The translations under genes and the position numbers were made by a program. From contig CALRQP020000008.1 in assembly GCA_943370355.1 (NCBI GenBank), forward strand, positions 53,222 through 117,221: a DNA stretch of 64,000 nucleotides, in the 5' to 3' direction. Each line of letters opens with the position of its first letter. Position 1 is the first letter of the stretch. Of the stretch, positions 25,256 to 34,423 are shown piece after piece. This stretch comes from Sphingomonas paucimobilis. Its GTDB lineage: Bacteria > Pseudomonadota > Alphaproteobacteria > Sphingomonadales > Sphingomonadaceae. The notes beneath the pieces were generated by a model that saw only the letters and a list, made by a program, of their open reading frames with translations, did no database searches and had not been told where the DNA came from.

Positions 25256-27154
25256 ATGGCCAAAGTCATCGGCATCGACCTCGGCACCACCAACAGCTGC
25301 GTTGCAGTGATGGAAGGGTCGACCCCCAAGGTTATCGAAAATGCGGAAGGCGCGCGCACGACGCCGTCGCAGGTTGCCTTCACCAAGGACGGCGAGCGAC
25401 TCGTCGGCCAGCCAGCCAAGCGCCAGGCAGTGACCAACCCCGAGAATACCGTGTTCGCGGTCAAGCGCCTGATCGGCCGCCGGTTCGATGACCCGATGAC
25501 CCAGAAGGACATGGGTCTTGTTCCCTACAAGATCGTCAAGGGCGGCAATGGCGACGCCTGGGTCAAGGCAGGCGGCAAGGATTACAGCCCCTCCGAAGTC
25601 TCGGCCTTCATCCTCCAGAAGATGAAGGAAACCGCCGAATCCTATCTTGGCGAAACCGTCACGCAGGCCGTCATCACGGTCCCCGCCTACTTCAACGACG
25701 CCCAGCGTCAGGCGACCAAGGACGCCGGCAAGATCGCCGGTCTCGAAGTGCTGCGCATCATCAACGAGCCGACAGCGGCGGCGCTTGCCTATGGTCTCGA
25801 CAAGAAGGCCGGCGCGACGATCGCGGTTTATGACTTGGGCGGCGGCACCTTCGACGTGTCGATCCTTGAGCTCGGCGACGGCGTGTTCGAGGTGAAGTCG
25901 ACGAGCGGCGACACCTTCCTCGGCGGTGAAGACTTCGACGCCAAGGTCGTCGAGTTCCTCGCAGCAGACTTCAAAAAGTCGGAAGGCATCGACCTGCGCA
26001 GTGACCGTTTGGCGCTGCAGCGTTTGAAGGAAGCCGCCGAAAAGGCGAAGATCGAACTGTCGTCGTCGGCCTCGACCGAGGTCAACCTGCCGTTCATCAC
26101 GGCCGACGCGACGGGTCCGAAGCATCTCGTCAAGTCGATCACCCGTGCCGACCTCGAAAAGCTCGTCATCGATCTGATCGAGAAGACCCGGAAGCCCTGC
26201 ATCGACGCGATGAACGAAGCCGGTGTGAAAGCCGACGCGATCGACGAAGTCATCCTCGTCGGCGGTATGAGCCGCATGCCGCGCGTCCGTCAGTTCGTGA
26301 AGGAACTGTTCGGCAAGGAGCCGAACACCTCGGTCAACCCTGACGAAGTCGTGGCGATGGGCGCGGCCATTCAGGCCGGCGTGTTGCAGGGCGACGTCAA
26401 GGACGTGCTGCTGCTCGACGTGACCCCGCTGTCGCTCGGCATCGAGACTTTGGGCGGCGTGTTCACCCGCATGATCGACCGCAACACGACGATCCCGACC
26501 AAGAAGTCGCAGACCTATTCGACGGCTGACGACAATCAGTCGGCGGTGACGATCCGCGTGCTGCAGGGCGAGCGCGAAATGGCGGCGGACAACAAGCTGC
26601 TCGGCAATTTCGATCTCGTCGGCATTCCGCCCGCCCCGCGCGGCGTGCCGCAGATTGAGGTGACCTTCGACATCGACGCCAACGGCCTCGTCAATGTCAG
26701 CGCCAAGGACAAGGGCACCGGCAAGGAGCAGCAGATCCGCATCCAGGCCTCGGGTGGCCTCAGCGACGCCGACATCGAAAAGATGGTGAAGGACGCCGAG
26801 CAGTTCGCGGAAGAGGACAAGAAGCGCCGCGCGTCGGCGGAAGCCCGAAACCAGGCCGACAGCCTGATCCACTCGACCGAGCGCCAGCTCGCCGAACATG
26901 GCGACAAGGTCTCGGGCGAGGTGAAGGGCGAGATCGAAACCGCCGTGGCCGCGCTGAAATCGGTGCTCGACTCGAACGACGTCGATGACATCAACGCCAA
27001 GAGCCAGGCGCTCGCGCAGGCGGCGATGAAGCTCGGCGAGGCGATCTATGCAGCGGAGCAGGCCTCGGCCGCCTCGCCGCAGCCCGACGCTGCGCCGAAA
27101 GACGACAATGTCGTCGATGCGGAATTCTCGGAAGTCGACGACGAGAAGAAGTAA
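25256..27154 (+). CDS. dnaK: molecular chaperone DnaK (Hsp70)
   Basis: 632 aa from ATG 25256. Blocks: [33 protein letters not shown]. Confidence 0.98.
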   Translation: MAKVIGIDLGTTNSCVAVMEGSTPKVIENAEGARTTPSQVAFTKDGERLVGQPAKRQAVTNPENTVFAVKRLIGRRFDDPMTQKDMGLVPYKIVKGGNGDAWVKAGGKDYSPSEVSAFILQKMKETAESYLGETVTQAVITVPAYFNDAQRQATKDAGKIAGLEVLRIINEPTAAALAYGLDKKAGATIAVYDLGGGTFDVSILELGDGVFEVKSTSGDTFLGGEDFDAKVVEFLAADFKKSEGIDLRSDRLALQRLKEAAEKAKIELSSSASTEVNLPFITADATGPKHLVKSITRADLEKLVIDLIEKTRKPCIDAMNEAGVKADAIDEVILVGGMSRMPRVRQFVKELFGKEPNTSVNPDEVVAMGAAIQAGVLQGDVKDVLLLDVTPLSLGIETLGGVFTRMIDRNTTIPTKKSQTYSTADDNQSAVTIRVLQGEREMAADNKLLGNFDLVGIPPAPRGVPQIEVTFDIDANGLVNVSAKDKGTGKEQQIRIQASGGLSDADIEKMVKDAEQFAEEDKKRRASAEARNQADSLIHSTERQLAEHGDKVSGEVKGEIETAVAALKSVLDSNDVDDINAKSQALAQAAMKLGEAIYAAEQASAASPQPDAAPKDDNVVDAEFSEVDDEKK

Positions 27155-27160
27155 GCTGGC

Positions 27161-27215
27161 ATGGGCGGAGCGATTGATCCCGGTGGACAAGCGCTCCGCC
27201 CATTGCTTTGTGTTG
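27161..27215 (+). terminator. hairpin plus T-rich tail between dnaK and dnaJ (partial terminator or attenuator)
   Basis: ATGGGCGGAGCG (27161..27172) pairs with CGCTCCGCCCAT (27192..27203) across a 19-nt loop, followed by TGCTTTGTGTTG. Confidence 0.5.
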
Positions 27216-27243
27216 CGTACAGGCGCGCCGGGGGGCCGACCGA

Positions 27244-28392
27244 ATGATCGACATGGATTATTACGAACTGCTGGAAGTCGAGCGCGGTGCCGACGAAAAG
27301 GTGCTGAAAAGCGCCTACCGCCGCCTCGCCATGCAATATCACCCCGACAAGAATCCGGGCTGCAAGGATTCGGAAAGCCGGTTCAAGGCGATTTCCGAAG
27401 CCTATGACTGCCTGAAGGACCCGCAGAAGCGCGCCGCCTATGACCGTTACGGCAAGGCAGCGTTCCAGAACGGCGGCGGTGGCGGCGGCGGCGGCGGATT
27501 CTCAGCTGACGACCTAGGCGGCTTCTCGGACATTTTCGAGAATATCTTCGGCGACTTCATGGGCGGCGGGCGTCAGCGCAGCCAGCGCCAGGGCGTCGGC
27601 CAGCGCGGCAACGACCTGCGCTACGACCTCGAAATGACGTTCGAGGAAGCCTTCACCGGCAAGGATACCGAGCTGCTGCTCGATGTCTCGGCCAGCTGCG
27701 ACCATTGCGCCGGCAAGGGCGCCAAACCCGGCACCTCGGCGAAGACCTGCCATGGCTGCGGCGGTCGCGGGCAGGTTCGCATGTCGCAAGGCCTGTTCGT
27801 CGTCGAACGCGCCTGCCCGACCTGCCGCGGCGCCGGGCAGATCATTCCCGACCCCTGCAACTACTGCGGCGGCCTCGGCCGCGTCGAGCAGCGTAAGACG
27901 CTCAACGTCAAGGTGCCGGCCGGCGTCGATGACGGCACGCGCATCCGCGTGTCCGGCGAAGGCGAGGCTGGCATGCGCGGCGGCCCGGCCGGCGATCTTT
28001 ACCTGTTCGTCAACCTGAGGCCGCACAGCATTTTCAAGCGCGAGGGAACGACGCTGTTCGCAGCTGTGCCGGTCTCGCTGACCACCGTCGCGCTTGGCGG
28101 CGACATCGAAGTTCCGTGCCTCGACCGCAAGGGCTGCTCGGTCCGCATTCCCGCGGGCACCCAGTCCGGCAAGCAGTTCCGCGTGCGCGGCCGCGGCTTC
28201 CCGGCCCTCAATGGCGGCGGCACCGGCGATCTGGTCATTCAGGTCGATGTCGAAACGCCGACCAAACTCAGCGCCCGGCAGCGCGAGTTGCTCGAAGAGT
28301 TTCAGGCACTTGAGGCCGAGGCACAAAGCTGCCCGAAATCGAGCGGCTTTTTCGCCAAGCTGAAGGACGCCTGGGACGCGGTCACCGATTGA
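27244..28392 (+). CDS. dnaJ: molecular chaperone DnaJ (Hsp40)
   Basis: ORF 27208..28392. J domain (DYYELLEV...YHPDKNP), Gly-rich linker, four CxxCxGxG zinc motifs. Start at ATG 27244 or 27253. Confidence 0.95.
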   Translation: MIDMDYYELLEVERGADEKVLKSAYRRLAMQYHPDKNPGCKDSESRFKAISEAYDCLKDPQKRAAYDRYGKAAFQNGGGGGGGGGFSADDLGGFSDIFENIFGDFMGGGRQRSQRQGVGQRGNDLRYDLEMTFEEAFTGKDTELLLDVSASCDHCAGKGAKPGTSAKTCHGCGGRGQVRMSQGLFVVERACPTCRGAGQIIPDPCNYCGGLGRVEQRKTLNVKVPAGVDDGTRIRVSGEGEAGMRGGPAGDLYLFVNLRPHSIFKREGTTLFAAVPVSLTTVALGGDIEVPCLDRKGCSVRIPAGTQSGKQFRVRGRGFPALNGGGTGDLVIQVDVETPTKLSARQRELLEEFQALEAEAQSCPKSSGFFAKLKDAWDAVTD

Positions 28393-28742
28393 TGGCGCGG
28401 CGGCGATCTGAGACGACGGTCGCCGCAACCCGTAAGGGCCTACCCGAACCGCTGCGCGCGGGACTTGAGCAGCTGTCAGGTCTCTCGCTTGCCGAGGTCG
28501 AAGTCCATCGCAATTCCGCCAAACCCGCGCAGCTCAATGCACTCGCCTATGCGCAGGGCTCGGACATCCATGTCATGTCCGGCAAGGATCGGCATGTCCC
28601 CCACGAGGCGTGGCATGTGGTTCAGCAAAGGCAGGGACGCGTACGGCCCACCGCGCAACTGCACCGTAGCGCGACAATCAACGACGATGCTGGTCTGGAA
28701 GCGGAAGCCGATCGAATGGGGAAAAAGGCGTCTGAGAGTTAG
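28392..28742 (+). CDS. stand-alone DUF4157 domain protein (HExxH)
   Basis: 116 aa. LPEPLRAGLEQLSGLSLAEVEVHRNSAKPAQLNALAYAQGSDIHVMSG...HEAWHVVQQ...INDDAGLEAEADRMG follows the DUF4157 pattern end to end. Its ATG overlaps the dnaJ TGA (TGATG). Confidence 0.75.
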   Translation: MARRRSETTVAATRKGLPEPLRAGLEQLSGLSLAEVEVHRNSAKPAQLNALAYAQGSDIHVMSGKDRHVPHEAWHVVQQRQGRVRPTAQLHRSATINDDAGLEAEADRMGKKASES

Positions 28743-28749
28743 CCCCACA

Positions 28750-28777
28750 CTTGTGTGACAATCGGGCAACACTACAT
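28750..28777 (+). promoter_or_regulatory. RpoH (sigma32)-type promoter candidate for clpB
   Basis: CTTGTG-N16-CTACAT, 26 nt upstream of the clpB ATG and starting 8 nt after the DUF4157 stop. Confidence 0.5.
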
Positions 28778-28803
28778 GGAGTCGGACCAGGCAAAGGGCT
28801 GAC

Positions 28804-31380
28804 ATGAACATCGAAAAATTCACCGAGCGCGCCAAGGGTTTCCTGCAGGCCGCGCAGACCGTCGCGATACGGAACAGCCATCAGCGCGTTGCGCCCGAGC
28901 ATCTGCTGAAGGCGCTCATCGAGGATGAGCAGGGCATGGCTGCCGGACTGATCCGCGCGGCCGGCGGTGACCCCAAGGCGGCCGAGATCGCCACCGACGC
29001 GGCGCTGGCCAAAATCGCCAAGGTTAGCGGCTCAGGCGCGCAGCAGTTGCAGTGGGACAATGACACCGCGCGCATTCTCGACTCCGCCGAGCAGGTCGCG
29101 ACCAAGGCGGGCGACAGCTTCGTCACCGTCGAGCGTTTACTTCTCGCGCTGGCACTCGCCAAGGGCACGGCGGCGGGCGAGGCGCTCGCCAAGGCTGGCG
29201 TGACGGCGCAGGGCCTGAACAGCGCGATCGAAGGGCTGCGCAAGGGCCGCACCGCCGACACGGCGGGTGCCGAAGACCGCTATGATGCGCTCAAGAAATT
29301 CGCACGGGACCTGACGCAGGCGGCGCGCGACGGCAAGCTCGATCCCGTCATCGGCCGCGACGAGGAAATCCGCCGCACCATCCAGGTGCTGGCGCGCCGC
29401 ACCAAGAATAATCCGGTACTGATCGGCGAACCCGGCGTCGGCAAGACGGCGATCGTCGAAGGCCTCGCGCTGCGCATCGTCAACGGCGATGTGCCCGACG
29501 GCCTCAAGGACAAGAAATTGATGGCGCTCGACATGGGCAGCCTGATCGCCGGCGCGAAATATCGCGGCGAGTTCGAGGAACGGCTGAAGGGCGTGCTTGA
29601 CGAGGTCACCGCCGGTGCCGGCGATATCTTGCTGTTCATCGACGAGATGCACACGCTGATCGGGGCGGGCAAATCCGAAGGCGCGATGGATGCGTCCAAC
29701 CTGCTCAAGCCCGCCCTCGCCCGCGGTGAGCTGCACTGTATCGGCGCGACGACGCTCGACGAATATCGCAAGCATGTCGAAAAGGACGCGGCGCTCGCGC
29801 GGCGCTTCCAGCCAGTGTTCGTCGGCGAACCGACCGTCGAGGACACAATCTCTATCCTGCGCGGCCTCAAGGAGAAATACGAACTCCACCACGGCATTCG
29901 CATCACCGATGGAGCCATCGTTGCCGCCGCGACGCTCAGCAACCGCTATATCGCCGACCGCTTCCTGCCCGACAAAGCCATCGACCTCATGGACGAGGCC
30001 GCGTCGCGGCTGCGCATGGAAGTCGAATCCAAGCCCGAGGAAATCGAGAATCTCGACCGGCGCATCATGCAGCTGAAGATCGAGCGCGAGGCGCTGAAGC
30101 GCGAGACCGACCGTGCCTCGAAGGACCGGCTCGACGCGCTTGAGGACGAACTGGCCAATCTCGAGGAGCAGTCCGCCGCGCTCACCACGCGCTGGCAGGG
30201 CGAAAAGGACAAGCTCAACAGCGCCACCAAGCTCAAGGAGCGGCTCGACGCGGCGCGGATCGAAGTCGATCAGGCCCAGCGAAATGGCGACTTCGCCAAG
30301 GCGGGCGAGCTCAGCTACGGCGTAATCCCCGATCTCGAACGGCAATTGGCGGAAGCTGAGGCTGTCTCGGCAACCGCGATGCTGCGTGAGGAGGTCACCT
30401 CCGAAGACATCGCCGGCGTCGTCTCGCGCTGGACCGGCATCCCCGTCGATCGCATGCTCGAAGGAGAGCGCGAGAAGCTGCTGCAGATGGAAACGCAGCT
30501 CGGCAAGCGCGTCATCGGCCAGGCCGATGCCGTCAAGGCGGTGTCATCCGCCGTCCGCCGCGCACGCGCTGGACTGCAAGACCCCAACCGCCCCCTGGGC
30601 TCCTTCCTGTTCCTTGGGCCGACCGGCGTCGGCAAGACCGAGCTGACCAAGGCGCTCGCGCAATTCATGTTCGACGACGCCGCCGCAATGGTGCGCATCG
30701 ACATGTCGGAATTCATGGAGAAGCATTCGGTCGCCCGCCTGATCGGCGCGCCGCCGGGCTATGTCGGCTATGAAGAAGGCGGCGTGCTCACCGAAGCCGT
30801 CCGCCGCCGGCCCTATCAGGTCGTGCTGTTCGACGAGGTCGAGAAGGCGCACGGCGATGTCTTCAACATCCTGCTGCAGGTGCTCGACGACGGCCGGCTG
30901 ACCGACGGTCAGGGCCGCACCGTCGATTTCACCAATACGATCATCATCCTGACCTCGAACCTCGGCTCGCAATATATTGCCGCGTTGCGCGACGATCAGA
31001 AGGTCGAGGAGGTCGAGGCGCAGGTGATGGAGGTGGTGCGCGGCCATTTCCGCCCCGAATTCCTCAACCGGCTCGACGAGATCATCCTGTTCCACCGGCT
31101 GGCGCTCGAACATATGGGCGCGATCGTCGACATCCAGGTCGATCGCGTCGCGGCGCTGCTCAAGGATCGCAAGATCATGCTGGAACTCACTGACGCTGCC
31201 CGGCGCTGGCTGGCGCGGGTTGGCTATGATCCGGTGTATGGCGCGCGACCGCTCAAACGGGCGGTGCAAAAGCATCTGCAGGACCCGCTTGCCGACCTGA
31301 TCCTGCGCGGTGATGCGCCGGACGGGGCCACGATCCGGGTCGACGAGGGCGATGGGAAGCTGGCGCTGGTGGTGGCTTAG
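28804..31380 (+). CDS. clpB: ATP-dependent chaperone ClpB
   Basis: 858 aa with a Clp N-domain, two AAA+ modules ([30 protein letters not shown]) and a middle coiled coil. Confidence 0.98.
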   Translation: MNIEKFTERAKGFLQAAQTVAIRNSHQRVAPEHLLKALIEDEQGMAAGLIRAAGGDPKAAEIATDAALAKIAKVSGSGAQQLQWDNDTARILDSAEQVATKAGDSFVTVERLLLALALAKGTAAGEALAKAGVTAQGLNSAIEGLRKGRTADTAGAEDRYDALKKFARDLTQAARDGKLDPVIGRDEEIRRTIQVLARRTKNNPVLIGEPGVGKTAIVEGLALRIVNGDVPDGLKDKKLMALDMGSLIAGAKYRGEFEERLKGVLDEVTAGAGDILLFIDEMHTLIGAGKSEGAMDASNLLKPALARGELHCIGATTLDEYRKHVEKDAALARRFQPVFVGEPTVEDTISILRGLKEKYELHHGIRITDGAIVAAATLSNRYIADRFLPDKAIDLMDEAASRLRMEVESKPEEIENLDRRIMQLKIEREALKRETDRASKDRLDALEDELANLEEQSAALTTRWQGEKDKLNSATKLKERLDAARIEVDQAQRNGDFAKAGELSYGVIPDLERQLAEAEAVSATAMLREEVTSEDIAGVVSRWTGIPVDRMLEGEREKLLQMETQLGKRVIGQADAVKAVSSAVRRARAGLQDPNRPLGSFLFLGPTGVGKTELTKALAQFMFDDAAAMVRIDMSEFMEKHSVARLIGAPPGYVGYEEGGVLTEAVRRRPYQVVLFDEVEKAHGDVFNILLQVLDDGRLTDGQGRTVDFTNTIIILTSNLGSQYIAALRDDQKVEEVEAQVMEVVRGHFRPEFLNRLDEIILFHRLALEHMGAIVDIQVDRVAALLKDRKIMLELTDAARRWLARVGYDPVYGARPLKRAVQKHLQDPLADLILRGDAPDGATIRVDEGDGKLALVVA

Positions 31381-31421
31381 CAGGGCTTCGCCCGGTCGGC
31401 ACAGAGAGCTATAGACTGGGC

Positions 31422-32414
31422 ATGTCAGACCTCGCGACCCTGTTGGCCCGTTCGCCCGACCTGCTGCCGCTGGCGTACGATCCCGAGCGCGATGCCATGC
31501 TGTTCGTCGATTTCGACCGCGCCGCCTATGAGCGCGCGAGCTTCCTCGATGAACGTCTGCTGGGAGACGTGCGCGCGCGCTGGGTGCCTGCAGAACAGGT
31601 CGTGCTCGCTGCGGCGGCGATGCCGATGCCCAGTTGCAGCTTCATTTTCCACATCGGCCATGTTGGCTCGACGTTGCTGGCCCGGATGATCGGCGCGGCC
31701 GGTGCACATGTGCTGCGGGAGCCTGCCGCGCTCCGCGTGTTCGCAGGCGAGGGCGGCCTAACAAGCCGCGAGCCGCGTCTGGATGCGTTGCTTCGGCTCT
31801 GGTCGCGCACCTACACGCCAGGCCAGCTGTCCGTCGTAAAGGCATCAAGCTTTGTATCAGAAATCGCTGGCGAATTGCTCCACATGACCGGACAACCCGG
31901 ACTGGCCATATCGGTTTCGGCCGAGGTCTATCTCGCTGGTATCCTCGGCGGGGCCATTTCCCGGCAGGAGATCGCGGCGGCCGCGCCGCTGCGCGCCACA
32001 CGGTTGGTGCAGCGCCTGGGCGGAATCGTCCCGGTTACCGGAGAGGGCGAGGCGATCGCGATGAGCTGGCTCTGCGAAATGACGGCCCTACTCGCCGCCG
32101 AGCCGGCTGATGCGCTCTTCTGGCTCGATTTCGAGGCATTCCTTGTCGAACCCGACGCCGGGCTGACCACTTGCTTGGATCATCTCAAGATCGAGGCGTC
32201 ACCTGATGTCATAACGGCCATCGTGAACGGCCCATTGCTGACTCGTTATTCGAAGGCTCCCGAACATGCCTATACGCCAGGCCTGCGCCAAGCGGTGCTC
32301 GATAGAGCCCGCACTGACTTTGCGGACGAGATTACTGCTGGACTCCGCTGGCTCGATGTAATGGCGGCTCAATGGCGAGACGCGGGACAGGCGCTCGAGC
32401 GAGCTGGGCGGTAG
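31422..32414 (+). CDS. hypothetical protein A1; sulfotransferase-like layout (inference); paralog of 33212..34243
   Basis: 330 aa with no signal peptide. FIFHIGHVGSTLLARMIG, VVKASSF, LDFEAFLVEPDAGLTTCLDHL and IVNGPLLTRYSK blocks are shared with A2. Confidence 0.7.
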   Translation: MSDLATLLARSPDLLPLAYDPERDAMLFVDFDRAAYERASFLDERLLGDVRARWVPAEQVVLAAAAMPMPSCSFIFHIGHVGSTLLARMIGAAGAHVLREPAALRVFAGEGGLTSREPRLDALLRLWSRTYTPGQLSVVKASSFVSEIAGELLHMTGQPGLAISVSAEVYLAGILGGAISRQEIAAAAPLRATRLVQRLGGIVPVTGEGEAIAMSWLCEMTALLAAEPADALFWLDFEAFLVEPDAGLTTCLDHLKIEASPDVITAIVNGPLLTRYSKAPEHAYTPGLRQAVLDRARTDFADEITAGLRWLDVMAAQWRDAGQALERAGR

Positions 32415-32535
32415 ATAGGCACCGAGATGCCCCGTTCGCCGACCATCATCCTTCAGCGATGGGCCTGACGGGTCGATAATCCGCATGACCCGGGCAATGG
32501 AAACTGGGGCCAATGATGCCTCGGTACCGCCAGCG

Positions 32536-32793
32536 TCAGTTCGAAACCTGCCGGTTCGTATTGTCCATCAGCATCTTGCGCGCTTCGGCCGAATGTTGAT
32601 CGTCGACATATTTCCACTGTTCGCGGGTCAGACAGGTCCGCCGTTTCTTGACCAGCGATCCGATCTCCGCCTCCGAGCGACAGATTTTCTTTTCCTCAAC
32701 AGGCGGCGGGGTGGCAGGCGGCGCGCTCTGTGCCGCAGCGACCGATGCCAAGATCGTCGCCCCCAACAGGCTTGGCAGAATTTTCCCGATCAT
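32536..32793 (-). CDS. small secreted two-Cys protein S1
   Basis: ORF 32536..32799, ATG at 32793 (85 aa). Signal peptide MIGKILPSLLGATILASVAAA, Pro-rich linker, then PVEEKKICRSEAEIGSLVKKRRTCLTREQW. Confidence 0.65.
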   Translation of the reverse strand: MIGKILPSLLGATILASVAAAQSAPPATPPPVEEKKICRSEAEIGSLVKKRRTCLTREQWKYVDDQHSAEARKMLMDNTNRQVSN

Positions 32794-32795
32794 GC

Positions 32796-33089
32796 TCAAT
32801 TCCCCGACGGACGGCCGGCGCTGTCCTCGACCATCTTGCGCGCTTCGCGCTCCTGCTGTGCGTCAACGGCGAGCCATTGCGCCTTGGTAAGACAGGTCTT
32901 GCGTTTCTTGATCAACGAACCAGTTTCGATCGCTCCCCGGCAAATCTTCTTTTCCTCAACGGGTGCGGCAGCGGCGGTTGCATCCGGAGCGGTCGTTGCG
33001 CCCGCCGGATCGGCGGCGACGCAGGGCACCGACAGCGCTGCCGACACCAGTCCTGCGGCGACCATCAAAATTCTATTGCTGGAACGCAT
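32796..33089 (-). CDS. small secreted two-Cys protein S2 (tandem paralog of S1)
   Basis: 97 aa from ATG 33089 within ORF 32796..33326. A GGGAGG RBS lies 5 nt upstream. Signal peptide, then PVEEKKICRGAIETGSLIKKRKTCLTKAQW. The stop is 2 nt before the S1 ATG. Confidence 0.7.
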   Translation of the reverse strand: MRSSNRILMVAAGLVSAALSVPCVAADPAGATTAPDATAAAAPVEEKKICRGAIETGSLIKKRKTCLTKAQWLAVDAQQEREARKMVEDSAGRPSGN

Positions 33090-33211
33090 TGAAACCTCCC
33101 GACAAACGTTCAAACGAAAGCATGTCATGCGGCGCGCCGATCGGGAAGCCCCAAATCGACGAAATGTCGCGACAGGTTGCGACGCTGCACCAGCCGGGCA
33201 ATAACCGGGCG

Positions 33212-34243
33212 ATGACGCAAATCCGCCCCGATGGCGCGACGGTCGCACGTGACCCGCTGTGGCACGCGCACCGTTACGACCCGCAATATGACGCCTTCCA
33301 TTTCCGCTACGTCCCCCGGGAGGCACATCGGGCGTCTATCTTCCTAACCGACGAATATCTGCCGTCGGACGATGGTCCCGTTGTCGTAACCCGAAGTGAG
33401 GCGATCGCGAGCGCCGGGACACCGGCACCGCTCCATTTCATCTTCCACTCCGCTTTCTGCCTGTCGACACTGCTCGCCCGAGCCTTCGACGTCCCTGGCA
33501 TCGCGATGGGGCTGAAGGAGCCGATGGTATTCAACGACCTGTCGGGCTGGAAGCACCGGGGCGGCAAGCCTGCCGATATCGCGCGGGTACTCGACAGCGC
33601 GCTGACCATGCTGGCACGGCCGTTCGGGCCCGGCGAAACGGTCGTTGTCAAACCCTCGAACATCGTCAATCCGCTCATTGCCGCGGCGCTGGCAATGCGT
33701 CCAACATCGCATGCGCTGCTCCTCGAGGCGCCGCTGCGCACCTATCTGAGCTCGATCGCCAAGAAGGAAATGACGGGCCGCCTTTGGGTCAGAGACCTTC
33801 TGGTGAAGCTGCTCAAGGACGGCCTGATCGACCTCGGCTTCGAGCTGGAGGATTTCCTCGGCCAGACCGACTTGCAAGTCGCGGCGGTCGGCTGGCTGGC
33901 ACAGCATGCGCTGTTCGCGCGATTGGCTGGGCAATATCCCGGACGCATACGGACGCTGGATAGTGAAACGCTGCTCGCGCAACCTGCCAAAGCGATGGCG
34001 GCGCTGGTCGCACATTTCGGGATGCCGCTGGACGAGGCAGCGATTTCCGAAATCGTGTCCGGCCCGGCCTTCACTCGCCACTCCAAATTCGGCACCGAAT
34101 TCGGCGGCGAGGCGCGCGCCGCAGAATATCGCGACGCAGCGGCTGTGCACGCCGACGAGATCGACAAGGCAGCGATCTGGGCCGAGGCGGTAGCGAACAC
34201 GGCCGGAGTGTCGATGTCGCTGCCTGCATCGTTGCTGGGGTAA
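33212..34243 (+). CDS. hypothetical protein A2; paralog of A1
   Basis: 343 aa from ATG 33212 within ORF 32963..34243. This start aligns with the A1 N-terminus (YDPxxDA). Blocks: HFIFHSAFCLSTLLARAF, VVKPSNI, LDSETLLAQPAKAMAALVAHF, IVSGPAFTRHSK. Confidence 0.7.
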   Translation: MTQIRPDGATVARDPLWHAHRYDPQYDAFHFRYVPREAHRASIFLTDEYLPSDDGPVVVTRSEAIASAGTPAPLHFIFHSAFCLSTLLARAFDVPGIAMGLKEPMVFNDLSGWKHRGGKPADIARVLDSALTMLARPFGPGETVVVKPSNIVNPLIAAALAMRPTSHALLLEAPLRTYLSSIAKKEMTGRLWVRDLLVKLLKDGLIDLGFELEDFLGQTDLQVAAVGWLAQHALFARLAGQYPGRIRTLDSETLLAQPAKAMAALVAHFGMPLDEAAISEIVSGPAFTRHSKFGTEFGGEARAAEYRDAAAVHADEIDKAAIWAEAVANTAGVSMSLPASLLG

Positions 34244-34255
34244 CCCCCGACACGT

Positions 34256-34338
34256 CCCGTCATCCTGACGAACGTCAGGATCTCTCTCCGAGTAGCCGAT
34301 ACTCCCGACAAGATCCTGACGTTCGTCAGGATGACGGG
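34256..34338. repeat. nested-palindrome intergenic repeat (27-nt inverted arms)
   Basis: CCCGTCATCCTGACGAACGTCAGGATC (34256..34282) is the exact reverse complement of GATCCTGACGTTCGTCAGGATGACGGG (34312..34338). Each arm contains its own hairpin, ATCCTGACG-AA-CGTCAGGAT. Confidence 0.85.
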
Positions 34339-34374
34339 CTCTCACCGGCGCACTCTCCTCTCCCCCAAAAAGAA

Positions 34375-34400
34375 AAGGGCGGACCCGAAGGTCCGCCCTT
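34375..34400 (-). terminator. rho-independent terminator of the TonB-dependent receptor gene (also usable from the + strand)
   Basis: AAGGGCGGACC-CGAA-GGTCCGCCCTT forms an 11-bp stem. On the minus strand it is followed by TTCTTTTTGGGG, 24 nt past the receptor stop codon. Confidence 0.7.
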
Positions 34401-34423
34401 TCCTTTGGCAGTCGAAGTTCAGT

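Noticed and set aside
27472-27500. (GGC)n-like simple repeat.
   Set aside because: It encodes the Gly-rich G/F linker of DnaJ (GGGGGGGGG). It is a coding feature, not a CRISPR or microsatellite locus of interest.
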